Source of the DNA: Utricularia gibba
Taxonomy: Eukaryota > Plantae > Magnoliophyta
NCBI GenBank assembly: GCA_002189035.1
Contig: NEEC01000369.1
Span: forward strand, 1 to 36,064
DNA: 36,064 bases
Direction: 5' to 3'
Below, piece after piece: positions 9,601-22,340 of the stretch (positions are counted from its first letter, which is position 1; the number at the start of each line of letters is the position of its first letter). The position numbers and the translations under genes were made by a program. The notes beneath the pieces are model-generated. The model worked only from the letters and a program-made list of their open reading frames with translations. It made no database searches and was not told the origin of the DNA.

Positions 9601-12600
9601 AGTCTCGCTAGGAACTTGGTCCGGGCCCCTGATTCTTTATGGCTCATGAGGACAAAAGATGCAAATCGATGAATACAATGATGCATTTGTTTAAATTACG
9701 ATATCACGTGCACCCACATCATTTTTTCAACAACTTACTTTATACTTGAGGAGGTGGTCTTGGGGGAACGGACAAAGGTCAGGTTGGCTTGCCGAAAGTA
9801 AGTTGTAGCCCGGCAAAGAAAGTGATGTATTTATTAACGTTCGGTTTTCGGGGTTGCCTACATGGTTTTTCAAGGAACAACTTCTCGTTTTGTGGCGGCC
9901 AGTCTCGCTAGGAACTTGGTCCGGCCCCTGATTCTTATGGCTCATGAGGACAAAAGGATGCAAATCGATGAACAATGATGCATTTGTTTAAATTACGATA
10001 TCACGTGCACCCACATCATTTTTTCAACAACTTACTTTATACTTGAAGAGGCGGTCTTGGGGTGCACCTAGAACGGGACAAAGGTCAGGTTGGCTTTGCC
10101 AGAGAGTTAGTTGTAGCCCGGCAAAGAAAGTGATGTATTTATTAACGTTCGGTTTTCGGGGCCTACATGGTTTTTTCAACGAAAAGCTTCTCGTTTTGTG
10201 GCGGCCGCTCTCGCAGGGAACTTGGTCCGGGCCCCCGATGCTATATGGCTCATGAGGTCAACCAGATGCAAATCGATGAAGACAAGCATGCTTTTTTTTA
10301 GTTACGATATCACGTGCACCCACATGATTTTTCAACAACTTACTTTATACTTGAGAAGGCGGTCTTGGGGTGCACCAAGAACGGGACAAAGGTCAGGTTT
10401 GGCTTGCAGAGAGTTAGTTGTAGCCCGGCAAATAAAGTGATGTATTTATTAACGTTCGGTTTTCGGAAGCTGCCTAAATGCTTTTTGAAAGAACATCTTC
10501 TCGTTTTTTGGCGGCCAGTCTCGCTGGGAACTTGGTCCTTGACCCCGGTTCTATATGCTCATGGGTCAATCGGATGTAAATCGATGAAAAAAAATGATGC
10601 ATTTGTTTAAATTATGATATCACGTGCACCCTCCATGATTTTTTAACAACTTACTTTATACTTGATGAGGTGGTCTTGGGGGCAAGAGGAACCGGAAAAA
10701 GGTCAGCTTAGGCTTGGGCAAAGTAAGTTGTAGCCCGGCAAAAAAGTGAAGTATTTATTAACGTTCGTTTTCGAGGTTGCCTACATGGTTTTTCAAGGAA
10801 CAACTTCTCCTTTAGTGGCGGCCAGTCTCACTAGGAACTTGGTCCGGGCCCCTGATTCTTTATGGCTCAAGAGGACAAAAGGATGCAAATCGATGAATAC
10901 AATGATGCATTTGTTTAAATTACGATATCACGTGCACCCCACATCATTTTTTCAACAACTTACTTTATACTTGAGGAGGTGGTCTTGGGGAAAACCGGAC
11001 AAAGGTCATAGGCTTGGGCCGAAAGTAAGTTGTAGCCCGGCAAAGAAAGTGATGTATTTATTAACGTTCGGTTTTCGGGTTGCCTACATGGTTTTTCAAG
11101 GAACAACTTCTCCTTTAGTGGCGGCCAGTCTCGCTAGGAACTTGGTCCGGGCCCCTGATTCTTTATGGCTCATGAGGACAAAAGGATGCAAATCGATGAA
11201 TACAATGATGCATTTGTTTAAATTACGATATCACGTGCACCCACATCATTTTTTCAACAACTTACTTTATACTTGAGGGCGGTCTTGGGGTGCACCTAGA
11301 ACGGGACAAAGGTCAGGTTGGGCTTTGCCAGAGAGTTAGTTGTAGCCCGGCAAAAAGTGATGTATTTATTAACGTTCGGTTTTCGGGTTGCCTACATGGT
11401 TTTTCAAGGAAACTTCTCGTTTTGTGGCGGCTGCTCTCGCTGGGAACTGGTCCGGGCCCCCGATTCTATATGGCTCATGAGGTCAACCAGATGCAAATCG
11501 ATGAATACAATGATGCATTTGTTTAAATTACGATATCACGTGCACCCACATCATTTTTTCAACAACTTACTTTATACTTGAGAGGTGGTCTTGGGGGGCA
11601 AGAGGAACGGACAAAGGTCAGGGCTTTGCCGAAAGTAAGTTGTAGCCCGGCAAAGAAAGTGATGTATTATTAACGTTCGGTTTTCGGGGTTGCCTACATG
11701 GTTTTTCAAGGAACAACTTCTCCTTTAGTGGCGGCCAGTCTCGCTAGGAACTTGGTCCGGGCCCCTGATTCTTTATGGCTCATGAGGACAAAAGGATGCA
11801 AATCGATGAATACAATGATGCATTTGTTTAAATTACGATATCACGTGCACCCCACATCATTTTTTCAACAACTTACTTTATACTTGAAGAGGCGGTCTTG
11901 GGTGCACCTAGAACGGGACAAAGGTCAGGTTGGGCTTTGCCAGAGAGTTAGTTGTAGCCCGGCAAAGAAAGTGATGTATTTATTAACGTTCGGTTTTCGG
12001 GGTTGCCTACATGGTTTTTCAACGAAAAGCTTCTCGTTTTGTGGCGGCCGCTCTCGCAGGGAACTTGGTCCGGGCCCCCGATGCTATATGGCTCATGAGG
12101 TCAACCAGATGCAAATCGATGAAGACAAGCATGCTTTTTTTTAATTACGATATCACGTGCACCCACATGATTTTTCAACAACTTACTTTATACTTGAGAA
12201 GGCGGTCTTGGGGTGCACCAAGAACGGGACAAAGGTCAGGTTGGCTTGCCGAGAAGTTAGTTGTAGCCCGGCAAATAAAGTGATGTATTTATTAACGTTC
12301 GGTTTTCGGGCTGCCTAAATGCTTTTTGAAAGAACATCTTCTCGTTTTTTTGGCGGCCAGTCTCGCTGGAACTTGGTCCGACCCCGGTTCTATATGCTCA
12401 TGGGGTCAACGGATGCAAATCGATGAAAAAAAATGATGCATTTTGTTTAAATTACGATATCACGTGCACCCCCATGATTTTTTTAACAACTTACTTTATA
12501 CTTGAGAGGGGTCTTGGGGGGCAGAGGAACCGGAAAAAGTCAGCTTAGGCTTGGGCGAAAGTAAGTTGTAGCCCGGCAAAAAAGTGAGTATTTATTAACG

Positions 12601-14604
12601 TTCGGTTTTCGGGTTGCCTACATGGTTTTTCAAGGAACAACTTCTCCTTTTGTGGCGGCCAGTCTCGCTAGGAACTTGGTCCGGGCCCCGATTCTTTATG
12701 GCTCATGAGGACAAAAGGATGCAAATCGATGAATACAATGATGCATTTGTTTAAATTACGATATCACGTGCACCCACATCATTTTTTCAACAACTTACTT
12801 TATACTTGAGGAGGTGGTCTTGGGGAGAGGAACGGACAAAGGTCTAGGCTTGGGCCGAAAGTAAGTTGTAGCCCGGCAAAGAAAGTGATGTATTTATTAA
12901 CGTTCGGTTTTCGGGTTGCCTACATGGTTTTTCAAGGAAAACTTCTCCTTTAGTGGCGGCCAGTCTCGCTAGGAACTTGGTCCGGGCCCCTGATTCTTTA
13001 TGGCTCATGAGGACAAAAGATGCAAATCGATGAATACAATGATGCATTTGTTAAATTACGATATCACGTGCACCCACATCATTTTTTCAACAACTTACTT
13101 TATACTTGAAGGCGGTCTTGGGGTGCACCTAGAACGGGACAAAGGTCAGGTTGGGCTTTGCCAGAAGTTAGTTGTAGCCCGGCAAAGAAAGTGATGTATT
13201 TATTAACGTTCGGTTTTCGGGTTGCCTACATGGTTTTTCAAGGAAAAGCTTCTCGTTTTGTGGCGGCTGCTCTCGCTGGGAACTGGTCCGGGCCCCGATT
13301 CTATATGGCTCATGAGGTCAACCAGATGCAAATCGATGAATATAATGATGCATTTGTTTAAATTACGATATCACGTGCACCCTACATCATTTTTTCAAAC
13401 TTACTTTATACTTGAGGAGGTGGTCTTGGGGGGCAAGAGGAACCGGACAAAGGTCAGCTAGGCTTGGCCGAAAGTAAGTTGTAGCCCGGCAAAGAAAGTG
13501 ATGTATTTATTAACGTTCGGTTTTCGGGTTGCCTACATGGTTTTTCAAGGAACAACTTCTCCTTTAGTGGCGGCCAGTCGCTAGGAACTTGGTCCGGGCC
13601 CCTGATTCTTTATGGCTCATGAGGACAAAAGGATGCAAATCGATGAATACAATGATGCATTTGTTTAAATTACGATATCACGTGCACCCCACATCATTTT
13701 TTCAACAACTTACTTTATACTTGAAGAGGCGGTCTTGGGGTGCACCTAGAACGGGACAAAGTCAGGTCAGGTTGGGCTTTGCCAGAGAGTTAGTTGTAGC
13801 CCGGCAAAGAAAGTGATGTATTTATTAACGTTCGGTTTTCGGGGTTGCCTACATGGTTTTTCAACGAAAGCTTCTCGTTTTGTGGCGGCCGCTCTCGCAG
13901 GGAACTTGGTCCGGGCCCCCGATGCTATATGGCTCATGAGGTCAACCAGATGCAAATCGATGAAGACAAGCATGCTTTTTTTTTAATTACGATATCACGT
14001 GCAGCCCACATGATTTTTTCACAACTTACTTTATACTTGAGGAGGCGGTCTTGGGGTGCACCTGGAACGGGATAAAGGTCAGGTTGGCTTTGCCAGAGAG
14101 TTAGTTGTAGCCCGGCAAAGAAAGTGTTGTATTTATTAACGTTCGGTTTTCGGGGTTGCCTACATGGTTTTTCAAGAACAGCTTCTCGTTTTGTGGCGGC
14201 CATCTCGCAGGGAACTTGGTCCGGGCCCCGATTCTATATGGCTCATGAGGTCAAAGATGCAAATCGATGAAAACAATGATGCTTTTTTTTAAATTACGAT
14301 ATCACGTGCACCCACATCATTTTTTCAACAACGTACTTTATACTTGAAGAGGCGGTCTTGGGGTGCACCTAGAACGGGACAAAGGTCAGGTTGGGCTTTG
14401 CCAGAGAGTTAGTTGTAGCCCGGCAAAGAAAGTGATGTATTTATTAACGTTCGGTTTTCGGGGTTGCCTACATGGTTTTTCAACGAAAAGCTTCTCGTTT
14501 TGTGGCGGCTGCTCTCGCTGGGAACTTGGTCGGGCCCCCGATCCTATATGGCTCATGAGGTCAACCAGATGCAAATCGATGAAGACAAGCATGCTTTTTT
14601 TAAA

Positions 14605-17600
14605 TTACGATATCACGTGCACCCCACATGATTTTTTCAACAACTTACTTTATACTTGAGAAGGCGGTCTTGGGTGCACCAAGAACGGGACAAAGGTCAG
14701 GTTTGGCTTGCACCGAGAGTTAGTTGTAGCCCGGCAAATAAAGTGATGTATTTATTAACGTTCGGTTTTCGGAAGCTGCCTAAATGCTTTTTGAAAGAAC
14801 ATCTTCTCGTTTTTTGGCGGCCAGTCTCGCTGGGAACTTGGTCTTTGACCCCGGTTCTGTATCGCTCATGGGGTCAATCGGATGTAAATCGATGAAAAAA
14901 AATGATGCATTTGTTTAAATTACGATATCACGTGCACCCCACATCATTTTTTCAACAACGTACTTATACTTGAGGAGGTGGTCTTGAGGGGGGAGGGGAA
15001 CCGGACAAAGGTTTGCATAGGCTTGGGCCGAAAGTAAGTTGTAGCCCGGCAAAGAAAGTGAAGTATTTATTAACGTTCGGTTTTTCGAGATTGCCTACAT
15101 GGTTTTTCAAGGAACAACTTCTCCTTTAGTGGCGGCCAGTCTCGCTAGGAACTTGGTCCGGGCCCCTGATTCTTTACGGCTCAAGAGGACAAAAGGATGC
15201 AAATCGATAAATACAATGATGCATTTGTTAAAATTACGATCACGTGCACCCCACATCATTTTTTCAACAACTTACTTTATACTTGAAGAGGCGGTCTTGG
15301 GGTGCACCTAGAACGGGACAAAGGTCAGGTTGGGCTTTGCCAGAGAGTTAGTTGTAGCCCGGCAAAGAAAGTGATGTATTTATTAACGTTCGGTTTTCGG
15401 GGTTGCCTACATGGTTTTTCAACGAAAAGCTTCTCGTTTTGTGGCGGCTGCTCTCGCTGGGAACTTGGTCCGGGCCCCGATTCTATATGGCTCATGAGGT
15501 CAACCAGATGCAAATCGATGAATATAATGATGCATTTGTTTTAAATTACGATATCACGTGCACCCTACATCATTTTTTCAACAACTTACTTTATACTTGA
15601 GGAGGTGGTCTTGGGGGGCAAGAGGAACGGACAAAGGTCAGCTTAGGCTTTGCCGAAAGTAAGTTGTAGCCCGGCAAAGAAAGTGATGTATGTATTTACG
15701 TTCGGTTTTCGGGGTTGCTTACATGGTTTTTCAAGGAACAACTTCTCCTTTAGTGGCGGCCAGTCCGCTAGGAACTTGGTCCGGGCCCCTGATTCTTTAT
15801 GGCTCATGAGGACAAAAGGATGCAAATCGATGAATACAATGATGCATTTGTTTTAAATTACGATATCACGTGCACCCCACATCATTTTTTCAACAACGTA
15901 CTTTATACTTGAAGAGGCGGTCTTGGGGTGCACCTAGAACGGGACAAAGGTCAGGTTGGGCTTTGCCAGAGAGTTAGTGTAGCCCGGCAAAGAAAGTGAT
16001 GTATTTATTAACGTTCGGTTTTCGGGGTTGCCTACATGGTTTTTCAACGAAAAGCTTCTCGTTTTGTGGCGGCTGCTCTCGCTGGGAACTTGGTCCGGGC
16101 CCCCGATCCTATATGGCTCATGAGGTCAACCAGATGCAAATCGATGAAGACAAGCATGCTTTTTTTTAAATTACGATATCACGTGCACCCACATGATTTT
16201 TTCAACAACTTACTTTATACTTGAGAGGCGGTCTTGGGGTGCACCAAGAACGGGACAAAGGTCAGGTTTGGCTTGCAGAGAGTTAGTTGTAGCCCGGCAA
16301 ATAAAGTGATGTATTTATTAACGTTCGGTTTTCGGAAGCTGCCTAAATGCTTTTTGAAAGAACATCTTCTCGTTTTTGGCGGCCAGTCTCGCTGGGAACT
16401 TGGTCCTTGACCCGGTTCTATATCGCTCATGGGGTCAATCGGATGTAAATCGATGAAAAAAAATGATGCATTTGTTTAAATTACGATATCACGTGCACCC
16501 TCATGATTTTTTAACAACTTACTTTATACTTGAGAGGTGGTCTTGGGGGCAAGAGGAACGGAAAAAGGTCAGCTTAGGCTTGGGCCGAAAGTAAGTTGTA
16601 GCCCGGCAAATAAAGTGAAGTATTTATTAACGTTCGTTTTCGAGGTTGCCTACATGGTTTTTCAAGGAACAACTTCTCCTTTAGTGGCGGCCAGTCTCAC
16701 TAGGAACTTGGTCCGGGCCCCTGATTCTTTATGGCTCAAGAGGACAAAAGGATGCAAATCGATGAATACAATGATGCATTTGTTTAAATTACGATATCAC
16801 GTGCACCCACATCATTTTTTCAACAACTTACTTTATACTTGAGAGGCGGTCTTGGGGTGCACCTAGAACGGGACAAAGGTCAGGTTGGGCTTTGCCAGAG
16901 AGTTAGTTGTAGCCCGGCAAAGAAAGTGATGTATTTATTAACGTTCGGTTTTCGGGTTGCCTACATGGTTTTTCAAGAAAAGCTTCTCGTTTTGTGGCGG
17001 CTGCTCTCGCTGGGAACTTGGTCCGGGCCCCGATTCTATATGGCTCATGAGGTCAACAGATGCAAATCGATGAATATAATGATGCTTTTTTTTTTTAAAT
17101 TACGATATCACGTGCAGCCCACATGATTTTTTCAACAACTTACTTTATACTTGAGGAGGCGGTCTTGGGGCACCTGGAACGGGATAAAAGGTCAGGTTGG
17201 GCTTTGCCAGAGAGTTAGTTGTAGCCCGGCAAAGAAAGTGATGTATTTATTAACGTTCGGTTTTCGGGTTGCCTACATGGTTTTTTCAAGGAACAGCTTC
17301 TCGTTTTGTGGCGGCCAGTCTCGCTAGGAACTTGGTCCGGGCCCTGATTCTTTATGGCTCATGAGGACAAAGGATGCAAATCGATGAATACAATGATGCA
17401 TTTGTTTAAATTACGATATCACGTGCACCCCACATCATTTTTTCAACAACGTACTTTATACTTGAAGAGGCGGTCTTGGGGTGCACCTAGAACGGGACAA
17501 AGGTCAGGTTGGGCTTTGCCAGAGAGTTAGTTGTAGCCCGGCAAAGAAAGTGATGTATTTATTAACGTTCGGTTTTCGGGGTTGCCTACATGGTTTTTCA

Positions 17601-20600
17601 ACGAAAAGCTTCTCTTTTTGTGGCGGCTGCTCTCGCTGGGAACTTGGTCGGGCCCCGATCCTATATGGCTCATGAGGTCAACCAGATGCAAATCGATGAA
17701 GACAAGCATGCTTTTTTTTTAATTACGATATCACGTGCACCCACATGATTTTTTAACAACTTACTTTATACTTGAGAAGGCGGTCTTGGGGTGCACCAAG
17801 AACGGGACAAAGGTCAGGTTTGGCTTGCACCGAGAGTTAGTTGTAGCCCGGCAAATAAAGTGATGTATTTATTAACGTTCGGTTTTGGAAGCTGCCTAAA
17901 TGCTTTTTGAAAGAACATCTTCTCGTTTTTTGGCGGCCAGTCTCGCTGGAACTTGGTCCTTGACCGGTTCTTATGCTCATGGGGTCAATCGATGTAAATC
18001 GATGAAAAAAAATGATGCATTTGTTTAAATTACGATATCACGTGCACCCTCCATGATTTTTTTAACAACTTACTTTATACTTGAGAGGTGGTCTTGGGGG
18101 CAAGAGGAACGGAAAAGGTCAGCTTAGGCTTGGCCGAAAGTAAGTTGTAGCCCGGCAAATAAAGTGAAGTATTTATTAACGTTCGTTTTCGAGGTTGCCT
18201 ACATGGTTTTTCAAGGAACAACTTCTCCTTTAGTGGCGGCCAGTCTCACTAGGAACTTGGTCTGGGCCCCTGATTCTTTATGGCTCAAGAGGACAAAAGG
18301 ATGCAAATCGATGAATACAATGATGCATTTGATTAAATTACGATATCACGTGCACCCACATCATTTTTTCAACAACTTACTTTATACTTGAGAGGCGGTC
18401 TTGGGGTGCACCTAGAACGGGACAAAGGTCAGGTTGGGCTTTGCCAGAGAGTTAGTTGTAGCCCGGCAAAGAAAGTGATGTATTTATTAACGTTCGGTTT
18501 TCGGGTTGCCTACATGGTTTTTCAAGGAAAAGCTTCTCGTTTTGTGGCGGCTGCTCTCGCTGGGAACTTGGTCCGGGCCCCGATTCTATATGGCTCATGA
18601 GGTCAAAGATGCAAATCGATGAATATAATGATGCATTTTTTTTTAATTACGATATCACGTGCAGCCCACATGATTTTTTCAACAACTTACTTTATACTTG
18701 AGGAGGCGGTCTTGGGGGCACCTGGAACGGGATAAAGGTCAGGTTGGGCTTTGCCAGAGAGTTAGTTGTAGCCCGGCAAAGAAAGTGATGTATTTATTAA
18801 CGTTCGGTTTCGGGTTGCCTACATGGTTTTTCAAGGAACAGCTTCTCGTTTTGGCGGCCAGTCTCACTGGAACTTGGTCCGGGCCCTGATTCTTTATGGC
18901 TCATGAGGACAAAAGGATGCAAATCGATGAATACAATGATGCATTTGTTTAAATTACGATATCACGTGCACCCCACATCATTTTTTCAACAACGTACTTT
19001 ATACTTGAAGAGGCGGTCTTGGGGTGCACCTAGAACGGGACAAAGGTCAGGTTGGGCTTTGCCAAAGAGTTAGTTGTAGCCCGGCAAAGAAAGTGATGTA
19101 TTTATTAACGTTCGGTTTTCGGGGTTGCCTACATGGTTTTTCAACGAAAAGCTTCTCGTTTTGTGCGGCTGCTCTCGCTGGGAACTTGGTCCGGGCCCCC
19201 GATTCTATATGGCTCATGAGGTCAACCAGATGCAAATCGATGAAGACAAGCATGCTTTTTTTTAAATTACGATATCACGTGCACCCACATGATTTTTTCA
19301 ACAACTTACTTTATACTTGAGAAGGCGGTCTTGGGGCACCAAGAACGGGACAAAGGTCAGGTTTGGCTTGCACCGAGAGTTAGTTGTAGCCCGGCAAATA
19401 AAGTGATGTATTTATTAACGTTCGGTTTTCGGGCTGCCTAAATGCTTTTTGAAAGAACATCTTCTCGTGGCGGCCAGTCTCGCTGGAACTTGGTCCGACC
19501 CGGTTCTTATGCTCATGGGGTCAAAGATGTAAATCGATGAAAAAAATGATGCATTTGTTTAAATTACGATATCACGTGCACCCCATGATTTTTTTTCAAC
19601 AACTTACTTTATACTTGAGAGGTGGTCTTGGGGGGCAAGAGGAACGGACAAAGGTCAGCTTAGGCTTGGGCCGAAAGTAAGTTGTAGCCCGGCAAAGAAA
19701 GTGAAGTATTTATTAACGTTCGGTTTTCGAGGTTGCCTACATGGTTTTTCAAGGAACAACTTCTCCTTTAGTGGCGGCCAGTCTCGCTAGGAACTTGGTC
19801 CGGGCCCTGATTCTTTATGGCTCATGAGGACAAAAGGATGCAAATCGATGAATACAATGATGCATTTGATTAAATTACGATATCACGTGCACCCCACATC
19901 ATTTTTTCAACAACTTACTTTATACTTGAGAGGCGGTCTTGGGGTGCACCTAGAACGGGACAAAGGTCAGGTTGGGCTTTGCCAGAGAGTTAGTTGTAGC
20001 CGGCAAAGAAAGTGATGTATTTATTAACGTTCGGTTTTCGGGGTTGCCTACATGGTTTTTCAAGGAAAAGCTTCTCGTTTTGTGGCGGCTGCTCTCGCTG
20101 GGAACTTGGTCCGGGCCCCCGATTCTATATGGCTCATGAGGTCAACAGATGCAAATCGATGAATATAATGATGCTTTTTTTTTTAATTACGATATCACGT
20201 GCACCCACATGATTTTTTCAACAACTTACTTTATACTTGAGGAGGCGGTCTTGGGGGGCACCTGGAACGGGACAAAGGTCAGGTTGGCTTTGCCAGAGAG
20301 TTAGTTGTAGCCCGGCAAAGAAAGTGATGTATTTATTAACGTTCGGTTTTCGGGGTTGCCTACATGGTTTTTCAAGGAACAGCTTCTCGTTTTGTGGCGG
20401 CCAGTCTCACTAGGAACTTGGTCCGGGCCCTGATTCTTTATGGCTCATGAGGACAAAAGGATGCAAATCGATGAATACAATGATGCATTTGTTTAAATTA
20501 CGATATCACGTGCACCCCACATCATTTTTTCAACAACTACTTTATACTTGAAGAGGCGGTCTTGGGTGCACCTAGAACGGGACAAAGGTCAGGTTGGGCT

Positions 20601-22340
20601 TTGCCAGAGAGTTAGTTGTAGCCCGGCAAAGAAAGTGATGTATTTATTAACGTTCGGTTTTCGGGGTTGCCTACATGGTTTTTCAACGAAAAGCTTCTCG
20701 TTTTGTGGCGGCTGCTCTCGCTGGGAACTTGGTCGGGCCCCCGATCCTATATGGCTCATGAGGTCAACCAGATGCAAATCGATGAAGACAAGCATGCTTT
20801 TTTTTAAATTACGATATCACGTGCACCCACATGATTTTTTCAACAACTTACTTTATACTTGAGAAGGCGGTCTTGGGGTGCACCAAGAGGACAAAGGTCA
20901 GGTTGGCTTGCAGAGAGTTAGTTGTAGCCCGGCAAATAAAGTGATGTATTTATTAACGTTCGGTTTTCGGGCTGCCTAAATGCTTTTTGAAGAACATCTT
21001 CTCGTTTTTGGCGGCCAGTCTCGCTGGGAACTTGGTCCTTGACCCCGATGCTCATGGGGTCAAGGATGTAAATCGATGAAAAAAAATGATGCATTTGTTT
21101 AAATTACGATATCACGTGCACCCCACATCATTTTTTCAACAACTACTTATACTTGAGGAGGTGGTCTTGGGGGGGGGAACCGGACAAAGGTCATAGGCTT
21201 GGGCCGAAAGTAAGTTGTAGCCCGGCAAAGAAAGTGAAGTATTTATTAACGTTCGGTTTTCGGATTGCCTACATGGTTTTTCAAGGAACAACTTCTCTTT
21301 AGTGGCGGCCAGTCTCGCTAGGAACTTGGTCCGGGCCCCTGATTCTTTATGGCTCAAGAGGACAAAAGGATGCAAATCGATAAATACAATGATGCATTTG
21401 ATTAAATTACGATATCACGTGCACCCCACATCATTTTTTCAACAACTTACTTTATACTTGAAGAGGCGGTCTTGGGGTGCACCTAGAACGGGACAAAGGT
21501 CAGGTTGGGCTTTGCCAGAGAGTTAGTTGTAGCCCGGCAAAGAAAGTGATGTATTTATTAACGTTCGGTTTTCGGGGTTGCCTACATGGTTTTTCAACGA
21601 AAAGCTTCTCGTTTTGTGGCGGCTGCTCTCGCTGGGAACTTGGTCCGGGCCCTTGATTCTATATGGCTCATGAGGTCAACCAGATGCAAATCGATGAATA
21701 TAATGATGCATTTGTTTAAATTACGATATCACGTGCACCCTACATCATTTTTTCAACAACTTACTTTATACTTGAGAGGTGGTCTTGGGGGCAAGAGGAA
21801 CCGGACAATGGTCAGCTTAGGCTTGGGCTGAAAGTAAGTTGTAGCCCGGCAAAGAAAAGTGATGTATTATTAACGTTCGGTTTTCGGGGTGCTTACATGG
21901 TTTTTCAAGGAACAACTTCTCCTTTTGTGGCGGCCAGTCCGCTAGGAACTTGGTCCGGGCCCCTGATTCTTTATGGCTCATGAGGACAAAAGGATGCAAA
22001 TCGATGAATACAATGATGCATTTGTTTAAATTTGATATCACGTGCACCCCACATCATTTTTTCAAACTTACTTTATACTTGAAGAGGCGGTCTTGGGGTG
22101 CACCTAGAACGGGACAAAGGTCAGGTTGGGCTTTGCCAGAGAGTTAGTTGTAGCCCGGCAAAGAAAGTGATGTATTTATTAACGTTCGGTTTTCGGGGTT
22201 GCCTACATGGTTTTTTCAACGAAAAGCTTCTCGTTTTGTGGCGGCTGCTCTCGCTGGGAACTTGGTCGGGCCCCGATCCTATATGGCTCATGAGGTCAAC
22301 CAGATGCAAATCGATGAAGACAAGCATGCTTTTTTTTAAA
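14605..22340. repeat. Five consecutive 5-monomer higher-order repeats (~1.55 kb each), in two variants
   Basis: C-type monomers (...CCAAGAACGG...CTGCCTAAATGCTTTTTGAA...) start at 14605, 16171, 17723, 19267, 20809 and 22341, giving spacings of 1566, 1552, 1544, 1542 and 1532. The order is C-B-A-B-A' in 14605-16170 and 20809-22340, and C-B-A-D-A' in the three units of 16171-20808. Confidence 0.88.

Noticed and set aside
13755-13775. 5-bp duplication ACAAAGTCAGGTCAGGTTGG in one A' monomer
   Set aside because: It is an isolated slippage event or read error with no wider pattern.
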